This document shows, in pieces, positions 8,413-16,023 of a DNA stretch of 19,547 nucleotides (the stretch's first letter is position 1; each line of letters opens with the position of its first letter). The notes under the pieces are model-generated. The model saw only the letters and a list, made by a program, of their open reading frames with translations, was not told where the DNA came from and did no database searches. Source of the stretch: a virus (taxonomy: Duplodnaviria; Heunggongvirae; Uroviricota; Caudoviricetes). The stretch is from positions 1 through 19,547 of the IMG/VR virus record IMGVR_UViG_2671181100_000008; one strand, 5' to 3'. The position numbers were made by a program, and so were the translations under genes.

Positions 8413-9284
8413 GCATTCACCTCCATAGCGAGGCGTGTCTGGATAGCCGCGGCCTTGCTCCCCAGCTGGAGATAAGTCCGGGTGATTGCCGGGTTACTGT
8501 GTCCGAGCATTTCAGAGGCGACCAGCAAGCCCTGTTCGCCGCCGGCGGACATGAGATTAAAGGCGGCAATTTTGCGGCTGGAATAGGCGCTCAGGCGCAG
8601 ACGCGTGTTTACTACGCGGGTAAACCACACCATGACGTTGTGCAGTTTCTTCCAGATCGTCTGACGGCTAACGCTACCTTCCAGAGACTGGCAACGGTTA
8701 CTTTCAATCTGGCTGCGGGAAAATACCAGGTCGTCACCGATAAGATTGCGCTCCATGCGTTCCCGCAGTCGTTTGATGATGCCCGGCGGCAGCTGTTTGG
8801 TGTCGTGCTTCACTTCAGCCTTTGCCACCAGCTCAAACACAATCGCCTGTTCTTCTTCCGTCATGCCGGCGGCCAGCTCGTCGCAGCTCACGCTATCCCA
8901 GTGCATGTACCCAATGTGATCGCCAGCAAGCCGGGCAGCGTCCTTGCGCTGCTGGCGAACAATCTCGATCCCCTTCCGGGTCGCTCTGGCTTCCGCTGCT
9001 TTGGTCTGCTTCGCCACGATGATTGTTGCAATGCCGGTTTCCCAGTTGATGCAGGAGTAACGGAAGTTGCACACGTCGCTGGTACGCCAGCCGGTTACGG
9101 TCGCAATATCCCACCAGAGTAAAACCCACTCCGGCTGGGTCTGCTGGATGCGTTCGCGCAGTTTGCGCTGCTCTTCCCGTTCGTAAACGGGGGTCATGGT
9201 GCGGGTGCCTTTCGTGGTAGTGGCTTTTACCACGTTGCCGCGCAGCTCGCGGGCTTTAGCTGTCAGGGTCTGGAGGTTAAACAT
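8409..9284 (-). CDS. Tyrosine recombinase-like protein (291 aa) embedded in the replication operon
   Basis: Internal ATG at 9284 with GGGAGGT RBS (the 517-aa ORF-track extension has no support); C-terminal LGHSNPAITRTYLQ matches the tyrosine-recombinase box II pattern; candidate box I Arg in TGWRTSDV. Confidence 0.65.
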   Translation of the reverse strand: MFNLQTLTAKARELRGNVVKATTTKGTRTMTPVYEREEQRKLRERIQQTQPEWVLLWWDIATVTGWRTSDVCNFRYSCINWETGIATIIVAKQTKAAEARATRKGIEIVRQQRKDAARLAGDHIGYMHWDSVSCDELAAGMTEEEQAIVFELVAKAEVKHDTKQLPPGIIKRLRERMERNLIGDDLVFSRSQIESNRCQSLEGSVSRQTIWKKLHNVMVWFTRVVNTRLRLSAYSSRKIAAFNLMSAGGEQGLLVASEMLGHSNPAITRTYLQLGSKAAAIQTRLAMEVNA

Positions 9285-9522
9285 GGCTACCTCCCAGTTT
9301 CGCAACATCCAGTTCAAACGCGCCGCTACTGTATTGATAAAGCGAACATTCAGAGCGAATTTTGGCGGCAAAGATAAGATCCCAGCGGGAATAAAACTCG
9401 CGGGCTTCTTGCTCACTGTCGGCAACGATGCGGATAACAACGGGAGTACAGGTCCGGCCTTTCGGCGTACCGAGGAAAAGCCAGGTGAATTTGGGCAGTT
9501 TTTGGGTTGGGGTAGTAGCCAT
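9277..9522 (-). CDS. Hypothetical protein (81 aa), first gene of the replication operon
   Basis: ATG at 9522 with GGAGG RBS at 8-nt spacing; 3' end overlaps the recombinase-like start by 8 nt. Confidence 0.5.
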   Translation of the reverse strand: MATTPTQKLPKFTWLFLGTPKGRTCTPVVIRIVADSEQEAREFYSRWDLIFAAKIRSECSLYQYSSGAFELDVAKLGGSHV

Positions 9523-9724
9523 GTGGCAGCCTCCATACAGTGGTCTAGATAACCACCACCGGAAACGCCAATTTCACTGGTGGTGGACTGAGCAGGGTTG
9601 GCGTAACCGGACTGTATGGACTCCGGCGCGGATTTCTCCGCCCCCACCCAGCCCACCATAATTTTGCTAGCAGAGCGGTTTTGAACCACAACGCGTGAAA
9701 ATAGGTGAGACGGATCAACGGCAC

Positions 9725-9746
9725 AAAAAAAGACGCTTGGCGCGTC
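9725..9746 (-). terminator. Rho-independent terminator on the minus strand, downstream of alpA
   Basis: Minus strand reads GACGC-GCCAA-GCGTC followed by seven T (plus-strand A-run 9725-9731, stem 9732-9736 and 9742-9746). Confidence 0.5.
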
Positions 9747-9993
9747 ATGTGTCGCCATACAGTCATTCAGGACGCCAATCCTGACACCAGATTTTGCTGG
9801 TGCTTTTAAAGCATACCCTTCAGTTGAATAACAAGGCAAGGAGTTTTTAGGGTGAGCGAAGCCCTGCCCCAGACGGGCATAATTGTTCTTCATGGCATTA
9901 ACCTTTTTGAATTTTTTAGTGAGCTGTCGCGACGAACTTATTCTGCGAGATCTGAAGTGCAAACTCTCGCAAATTATCTCAGCTCACGGAATC

Positions 9994-10191
9994 TCAGTTC
10001 GTTTGGCTGCGTGACGATTCAATGCGCTCACTAATCCATTCATCAATTTCGCTTTCAATGAAAGCAATTGCTCGAGAACCAATTTTTATGGATGAGGGGA
10101 AACGTTGCTCAGCCATGAGTCGATAGATCCAAGCCTTGCTATAGCCGGTTCTACGCTGAACTTCAGGTAAGCGGATAAGGGATTGGGACAT
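9994..10191 (-). CDS. alpA: AlpA-family phage transcriptional regulator (65 aa)
   Basis: Translation LIRLPEVQRRTGYSKAWIYRLMAEQRFPSSIKIGSRAIAFIESEIDEWI is the characteristic AlpA HTH; ATG at 10191 with GAGAGGT RBS. Confidence 0.85.
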   Translation of the reverse strand: MSQSLIRLPEVQRRTGYSKAWIYRLMAEQRFPSSIKIGSRAIAFIESEIDEWISERIESSRSQTN

Positions 10192-10358
10192 ATATACCTC
10201 TCGAAGTCTAATGTGGTCTACGAGGTATATTTCAGCAAAAACAAGAGGGGAGTTGTGGAAGTCACAGTAAATCAGTTGGAAGCAGCTCTTCCACGGAAAC
10301 AGAAGTACGGCCAGAAGTTTTAGAACCTGTAGATCGTCTTTTTGGAAATCCTTACGGG

Positions 10359-10949
10359 CTATTTGGAAGCGTACGTGTTCAGAGCTTCATCAATTAGCAT
10401 AGTCAATGCCTTATCAGTCACATCGATGCCATCGCCATGCTCCAATATGATTCTTGAGGCACTTCTGGCAACTTCGGATTTGTTCAATTTCTTACCGCGA
10501 ACATATTTTCCACCCGCTTTTTCAAGCGCAATCGCCATACCAGCGATCAATTTCAAAGCAGTGTCTTTGCCAGCGAACTCGCCCCATACCCCAGGAACAT
10601 GTTCATTAGCATGAGCTGCATTTTCTTCCTCACAGCCATACCATACATCTTCAGCAGATAGCTCTTTGATTGCCCAGGACCAAATATCTTCAGCGTAAAA
10701 CTCAGCGTTGACAAAATTACCGCCGATATCAGTCCAAACAGTTTTCGGGCTTAGCTCTTTGTTAAGAGCCGCTTGAATGATACGAAAATAGCTACAAGCC
10801 ATGTTGTATCTTTCGGGGTCATAACTTTTATCAAATTCTCTTAAGCATGCAAAACGATACACACCGGCCATAGCCATTGCAGCCTGTTCAGCAGTGACCA
10901 CACGTTGTCGGCGAAGATGATGGGGCATGTTGAGGATGTTTTCTCGCAT
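10359..10949 (-). CDS. Hypothetical protein (196 aa) between int and alpA
   Basis: ATG at 10949 with AGGAAG RBS; no domain recognised by eye. Confidence 0.6.
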   Translation of the reverse strand: MRENILNMPHHLRRQRVVTAEQAAMAMAGVYRFACLREFDKSYDPERYNMACSYFRIIQAALNKELSPKTVWTDIGGNFVNAEFYAEDIWSWAIKELSAEDVWYGCEEENAAHANEHVPGVWGEFAGKDTALKLIAGMAIALEKAGGKYVRGKKLNKSEVARSASRIILEHGDGIDVTDKALTMLIDEALNTYASK

Positions 10950-11017
10950 AAAAGCTTCCTGCTAACGATAGTCTACAGAAGTCTACTACTGTCAATTAGC
11001 ACTGTCTATACATACAG

Positions 11018-12232
11018 TTAAGCGCTTTTCCCAAACGTTCCGTGCACTACATTTTCGCCGTTTTCCAACGCCTCCATATAGTCGGCATACCACTGGAGCA
11101 TTTCGCGGCGGCCATCCAGATACTGGGCGTGGTTGTACGTTCCTCGTATAGAGTTTTTGTCGACGTGTGCCAGTTGCGTTTCAATCCACGCGGTGTTGTA
11201 GCCCTGTTCGTGCAGGATGGTACTCATGGTGTGCCGGAAACCGTGCCCGGTGACTTTTCCGTTATAGCCAATCCGCTTGAAGACTTGGTTTATGCTGGCT
11301 TCACTCATTGTTTTCCGCGGATCGTTACGGCCTGGGAACACAAGCGGGTAATTGCCTGTTAGCTCTTGGATCTGACCAATAAGCGTAAGAGCTTGCCTGG
11401 ACAACGGCACCACATGAGGGCGACGCATTTTCATGCGTGAGGCGGGTATTTCCCAGACCGCCTTACTGATATTGATTTCATCCCAAAATGCCCCACGGAG
11501 TTCGCCGGGACGCAATCCGGTGATAATCAGCAGACGAGCAGCCAAAACTACTAACTCGCTTCCTGAATATCCTGACAACGCATTGAAGAAATCAGGCAAT
11601 TCTTTAGGTGTGAGGAAAGGAAAATGATTGGACTCGTGCCCTTGCATCGCGCTGGTGAGATCCGGGGCGGGGTTATACTCAGCTCGACCGGTAACTATTG
11701 CGTAACGGAAAACTTCCCCACAGCGCTGCCTAACTTTTCTTGCCTTTTCGGTAGCGCCGCGCCCCTCAATGCGCCGCAGCACATTCAACAGTTCAAGCGG
11801 TTTGATTTCGGCTATTGGTTTTTTGCCAATGTATGGGAACACATCTTTATTGAAGGCTTCGAGGATGTCTGAAGCATAACCAGCAGACCATTTTTTTAGT
11901 TTGCTGCTGTGCCATTCAAGGGCAATATCTTTGAAGGTGTTGTTTAGCTGAATTTCACGGGCAATCTTCTCCTCCCGTTTCGCTTCCATAGGATCGATAC
12001 CCCCAGCGATACCCCTTTTCGCTTCTTCACGTTTTGCCCGAGCATCGGCCAATGTGACTTCAGGATAGACACCCAGAGCTAACAGCTTCTCTTTGCCGGC
12101 TACACGATATTTGAGCCGCCAGTATTTGCCGCCATTAGGTTTGATAAGGAGATACAGACCGCCACCATCAGCCAGCTTGTAAGGCTTATCTTTAGGTTTA
12201 GCGGCCTCCACCTGCCGGGCGTTAAGTTTCAC
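11018..12232 (-). CDS. int: Site-specific tyrosine integrase, P4 type (404 aa), GTG start
   Basis: N-terminal arm-binding-like region (KLNARQVEAAKPKDKPYKLADGGGLYLLIKPNGGKYWRLKYR) and C-terminal catalytic region (HGFRHT, NHAQYLD); GTG at 12232 preceded by AAGGAGG and an in-frame stop; adjacent to the tRNA-derived att sequence. Confidence 0.9.
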   Translation of the reverse strand: MKLNARQVEAAKPKDKPYKLADGGGLYLLIKPNGGKYWRLKYRVAGKEKLLALGVYPEVTLADARAKREEAKRGIAGGIDPMEAKREEKIAREIQLNNTFKDIALEWHSSKLKKWSAGYASDILEAFNKDVFPYIGKKPIAEIKPLELLNVLRRIEGRGATEKARKVRQRCGEVFRYAIVTGRAEYNPAPDLTSAMQGHESNHFPFLTPKELPDFFNALSGYSGSELVVLAARLLIITGLRPGELRGAFWDEINISKAVWEIPASRMKMRRPHVVPLSRQALTLIGQIQELTGNYPLVFPGRNDPRKTMSEASINQVFKRIGYNGKVTGHGFRHTMSTILHEQGYNTAWIETQLAHVDKNSIRGTYNHAQYLDGRREMLQWYADYMEALENGENVVHGTFGKSA

Positions 12233-12296
12233 TTGGGGGTACCTCCTTTAGACCGAACAGCATATACCCCCATAAGTACCCCCAAACGACCGTAGA

Positions 12297-12381
12297 TTTC
12301 AGGGAACTGTAGTAGACGTAGAAATACCAAAAGGGGCTGTAAAGCGCAGATTATAAGGGGTTTCAGTGAACTTTAGTAGAC
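12297..12381. repeat. Two 21-bp direct repeats (12297-12317 and 12361-12381) between int and the att core
   Basis: tttcagggaactgtagtagac versus tttcagtgaactttagtagac, 19 of 21 identical; the embedded 9-mer gtagtagac recurs inverted at 10981-10989. Confidence 0.45.
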
Positions 12382-12398
12382 TTGGGGAGACGTTAGAA

Positions 12399-12444
12399 TG
12401 GTGCCGATAATAGGAGTCGAACCTACGACCTTCGCATTACGAAT
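12399..12444 (-). tRNA. Partial tRNA-Thr (anticodon CGU, thrW-like): 3' 46 nt only, from anticodon loop to CCA; serves as att site
   Basis: Minus strand reads ATTCGTAATGCGAAGGTCGTAGGTTCGACTCCTATTATCGGCACCA with a T-arm (GGTTCGACTCC), acceptor 3' strand, discriminator and CCA; the expected 5' half is absent from 12445 onward. Identity with thrW is from memory. Confidence 0.7.
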
Positions 12445-13191
12445 TATAAGAATCCGCTTCTAATTCAAAGTATTACCCCATCAACACTGTGCTCACACGT
12501 CCCACCACATCAAAACATGTAAAGCCTTGCAAGCCATTGTGAGGCCTTATGTGTCTCAGTTTTGTCCCACCTTGTATTATGACTTGCATAGCCAATGAAG
12601 ATAAACGTGACGACAAACAGCGCAGCAGTCTTCTTTTCTTTCACACTTTCCCCAATCAGCATACATACTTTCTACCATAACTGTAGTGAATGTCTGTTAT
12701 GAGCGAGCAAAAGAGATTCAATTACCGGGGAATTACTCCGACATAAGCTCTCCCAGAAACACCGGAACAGCGATTCGCATATTCTCTTCTATACTTTCAG
12801 TCTGACCGGCTGGAGATTTCATAGCAAGAAAATGGATGCGCCAAGACCTATGCGGGAAAGAGGCTGAGGAAATAATTGCCGATAGCACTGTGCCCGACGA
12901 AAAGTTAATCTGGCACGCAATGACGCGCGTCCTTGGGGCATCAGGAATCAGAGAGCCAACTTAACAACCCATTACATATTATTTAACCGGACTGTTACAT
13001 GTACAAAGTTCAATGATTAGTGATTCTGTGACGCCACATACAACCTAAGCCCCTGATATAAAACCAGTCTATGCAACACCTAAAAATCATATATGATAGG
13101 GTGATAAGTCAACGCGCAGTATAAAAATTAAGCTAAAAAATGCTTTCAGCATAGTGAATCTATTTCACACTACATAATTAAGGATGAAAAA

Positions 13192-14037
13192 ATGACTGCA
13201 CCAGTAATTAGTTTTATCAATATGAAAGGTGGGGTTGGTAAAACAACTTTATGCGTTGGGATTGCTGAGTTTTTAGCCAACCATATGGGGCGCAAGGTTC
13301 TAGTTATCGATATTGATCCTCAATTTAATGCCACTCAGTCCTTAATGGGGCATTATGATCGAGTAGAAGAATATATGACTGCCCTTCGCCCTAATAATCA
13401 AACCATTCGAAAGATTTTTGAGCTTCCAAATTCATTAATGGAAGATGAAAAGAAAGTGACACCAGAACAGGTCATTACTAAAGTTTCAGACAATCTTGAT
13501 ATTATCTTAGGTGATATAAACATTATCTTTGATACTAACCAAGAGGGTATTAGAATAAAAATGTTGCGTAAATTCATCACCGAAAATGACTTAAAAGAAA
13601 GTTACGACTATATCTTTATCGATAGCCCCCCAACAATCTCATTATTTACAGATACCGCACTCCTTGCTTCTGATTATTATCTTACTCCGGTTAAAATTGA
13701 TCACTACTCGGTGCTTGGAGCAAGCAGTTTAAATAGCGTTATAAGAAATATGCGCACACATCATGAGAAAGAAATCAAGCAAGTCGGTTACATTTATACA
13801 AACACTGATGCTGAAATGACCAATAAAACAAGGGAAATTAAAGAACAATTCGAAAACCATACTCAATTTACAAATTTTTATTTCTTTGAAAATCAATTAA
13901 CCTACGTGCGTGATTTAATGGTAGGTTATCAAGGAAATATTCCTTCTTGTTATTCAAAGTCACGCCAAGATATAGAAAAGATCTGTAACGAATTTATTAA
14001 CAGAGTGGCTCACTTGGAAGGTAACACAAATGAATAA
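13192..14037 (+). CDS. ParA/MinD-like P-loop ATPase (281 aa)
   Basis: Deviant Walker A KGGVGKTT near the N-terminus (FINMKGGVGKTTL); AAGGA RBS 7 nt before the ATG; very AT-rich. Confidence 0.8.
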   Translation: MTAPVISFINMKGGVGKTTLCVGIAEFLANHMGRKVLVIDIDPQFNATQSLMGHYDRVEEYMTALRPNNQTIRKIFELPNSLMEDEKKVTPEQVITKVSDNLDIILGDINIIFDTNQEGIRIKMLRKFITENDLKESYDYIFIDSPPTISLFTDTALLASDYYLTPVKIDHYSVLGASSLNSVIRNMRTHHEKEIKQVGYIYTNTDAEMTNKTREIKEQFENHTQFTNFYFFENQLTYVRDLMVGYQGNIPSCYSKSRQDIEKICNEFINRVAHLEGNTNE

Positions 14038-14428
14038 ACAATTAATTAAAGCGCTCAATAAAGCTAATAATATGCCCATGACCAAAGAAAACTTCTTAGG
14101 CTTGGTAATTATGTTGATTCTTTCAAAAGAGGTTTTTAGATCAAATTTTGATGTTAGTAAATTTATTAACAAAACCTTCAAAATATCTTTTTTGAATTAT
14201 GCTGTACGGTCAAGAACTTTGATGTGCGCTAAAATTTGCAGACATATTAATGAATTAAGTGAGAATGACATAAAGATGGCTTATACGCATTTCTTAAACA
14301 ACATTAACACATTAGACATTATTTTTAATGATGCAAATAAAACAAGCCAAAAATCCACATCTAAAAGCAAGCATGCTATAAGGAATTTAAATATTTGGAT
14401 TAATGCAAATAAAAAGGAAGAAGAATAA
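14030..14428 (+). CDS. Hypothetical protein (132 aa), coupled to the ParA-like gene
   Basis: ATG at 14030 overlaps the ParA-like 3' end by 8 nt; GGAAGG RBS; AT-rich, Asn/Lys-rich. Confidence 0.6.
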   Translation: MNKQLIKALNKANNMPMTKENFLGLVIMLILSKEVFRSNFDVSKFINKTFKISFLNYAVRSRTLMCAKICRHINELSENDIKMAYTHFLNNINTLDIIFNDANKTSQKSTSKSKHAIRNLNIWINANKKEEE

Positions 14429-15093
14429 TGCTCACGCAGGATCCCTTCAACATTGGAAGAGATGTAAATTATTTTAGAGCGGAGGTGCAAAAGCACCTCA
14501 GAACCACTGATGAAATAAACAAATCAGTATCAATATTTAGGCAAATAAGTCTTTGTAATACAATTTTAAGTCACAATCCTAATCTAAATCACTCTTCTTA
14601 TATAAAAGGTTTTATATATGATACCTTAAACTCCTTAATTGCCATTATAAAAAAAAGAGAACGGTATCTCCAACTGAACTTCCGCTCAATGGTGGAGCAT
14701 GTGGCCAGAATAAGCCTCAATAAGAACTACAATGGTGGGGATTTTGACCAAACTGTACGTCGTAGAGACTTTGACTTCTTAAAAGCCCAACAAGTCGATG
14801 AAGGCTGGTCTTATTTACATAATGTCTATATCAACGCCTGTTATTATGTTCACTCCTCCCCCCAAGCGAACCTAAATGTTACATCAACATTTATATCACT
14901 TATGGAGGGAGATTGTAATTCAACACAGCATAAAATGGTGAAAAAACTTCATGAGGTAGTATCGGCGCTGATGAGAATCATTATAAAGTATTATCATCAG
15001 CATATCTCAAACATTTTCTTTAGAAACAAAAAGGATTTAGAGAAAATAATGGGAAAAAGCCTTTATTCATATTATACCAGCTTAGACAATTAA
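14428..15093 (+). CDS. Hypothetical protein (221 aa), third gene of the ParA-like operon
   Basis: ATG at 14428 overlaps the upstream stop (TAATG); AAGGAAG RBS; no assignable domain. Confidence 0.6.
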   Translation: MLTQDPFNIGRDVNYFRAEVQKHLRTTDEINKSVSIFRQISLCNTILSHNPNLNHSSYIKGFIYDTLNSLIAIIKKRERYLQLNFRSMVEHVARISLNKNYNGGDFDQTVRRRDFDFLKAQQVDEGWSYLHNVYINACYYVHSSPQANLNVTSTFISLMEGDCNSTQHKMVKKLHEVVSALMRIIIKYYHQHISNIFFRNKKDLEKIMGKSLYSYYTSLDN

Positions 15094-15130
15094 TTCTCTC
15101 ATATTCATTGCGTAGAGCATAAATATCTAT

Positions 15131-15627
15131 CTAACCACCTAAAATGCCAGAAAATCTAGTTGTATACCGGTGCGAAAATATCTCGCGTTTCATCTGCCAC
15201 TGCTGCTGAATGCCCTGCCCAGCGAAACAGAGTGTTTCCTTCCCGTCTTTTGCATTGAGGTGCTCCAGCACGCTCATTAACTTTTCGCTCCCAGGACCCA
15301 GCGCGTTATCGTCGAATAGGTTAGGGCATGCTCTGACTGAAGAAGTCCCCCAGCATTACCCCGGCTTTCTGATATCGGTGTCCGTCTTTCCATATTGCAT
15401 CCAGACTCCCCGTTGCTACTGCAATGATATCCCGACTGTCCTGTGTCGGGATGAGCAGCTTCACCGACGCGCTGTTACAGTAGTACGACTCGTTCAACGC
15501 AAAGGGTATCGTGTAAAACCGATGATGACACTGCCGGCAATCAGCACTGACGTCAGCAAACGTGAGAAAGAACAGATAAGCCGAACGATTTAGGAAATGT
15601 TTGAAGAGACTGATATGTGGATGGTTT
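15131..15627 (-). pseudogene. umuC: umuC-like (Y-family translesion polymerase) C-terminal remnant, 5'-truncated and frameshifted
   Basis: Minus-strand translation gives ...HRYQKAGVMLGDFFSQ, then after a frame change ...NLFDDNA...LNAKDGKETLCFAGQGIQQQWQMKR...RYTTR, resembling the UmuC/MucB C-terminus as I recall it; no start codon, and the N-terminal three quarters are missing. Confidence 0.55.
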
Positions 15628-16023
15628 CAGTTTAAACGCCTTGAACCGTCATATTACCTAAGTACAATCCGCTGTGACTGGCAATCATTCAATACTTGCA
15701 CTATCAAAAGTGCATCAGCCAACCGCAGCACGTCTTGCATACGACCTGTCTGCGGTTTCAATCACCTCTCACCACCAGTCCCATCAATAATAATTAAACA
15801 GCGCCTAAACAAAATAAATAACAACAAGTCAACAACCTCGACAGGATGCCGATGGGATGATGAAGAGATAAGAAAGAATAACTAGTAAAGCCCTAAAACG
15901 TCAGCGTTCAGACGCGTTTTTTACTTAACCGGTAACAAATACGTTGTATCATAGCAACATAAAATGATTGTTCTAAATCAGATTAACTCCTCACTTTTGT
16001 ACAATGTCGCTTACAGGTATACC

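Larger units (their letters stand above)
555..12396 (-). mobile_element. P4/PICI-like integrative satellite element between the two att core repeats
   Basis: P4-type integrase next to a tRNA-derived att sequence, then alpA, a replication operon with primase/helicase and iterons, and an AT-rich cargo module at the integrase-distal end; flanked by 19-20 nt direct repeats; size about 11.9 kb. Confidence 0.55.

Noticed and set aside
8400-9129. 240-aa, 66-aa and 78-aa ORFs overlapping the recombinase-like gene
   Set aside because: They are antisense to, or out of frame within, a supported CDS in GC-rich DNA.
8409-9962. 517-aa ORF as listed in the six-frame track
   Set aside because: The upstream 226 codons run through an untranslated region containing a terminator; the internal ATG at 9284 has a strong RBS and the recombinase homology starts there, so the CDS was called as 8409-9284.
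9196-10034. ORFs (118, 77, 73, 60 aa) in the alpA-operon spacer and overlapping the 81-aa gene
   Set aside because: They overlap supported genes or the terminator-containing untranslated region; no RBS support.
11042-11872. Plus-strand ORFs (106, 64, 82 aa) opposite the integrase gene
   Set aside because: Antisense to a confidently identified integrase CDS.
13398-14496. Minus-strand ORFs (60, 73, 71 aa) inside the ParA-like operon
   Set aside because: Antisense to coupled CDSs in AT-rich DNA where spurious ORFs are common.
15210-15885. Plus-strand ORFs of 127 and 94 aa
   Set aside because: The first is antisense to the umuC-like remnant; the second lies in a spacer with no RBS and low-complexity composition.
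15896-15925. Hairpin followed by a T-run upstream of the GmrSD-like gene, as a terminator
   Set aside because: The stem is only 4-6 bp with alternative pairings and no clear upstream gene on the plus strand to terminate; too weak to annotate.
15964-16023. Upstream ATG at 15964 as the GmrSD-like start
   Set aside because: No RBS, and it adds 20 residues before the conserved N-terminal DUF262 region; 16024 preferred, though not excluded.
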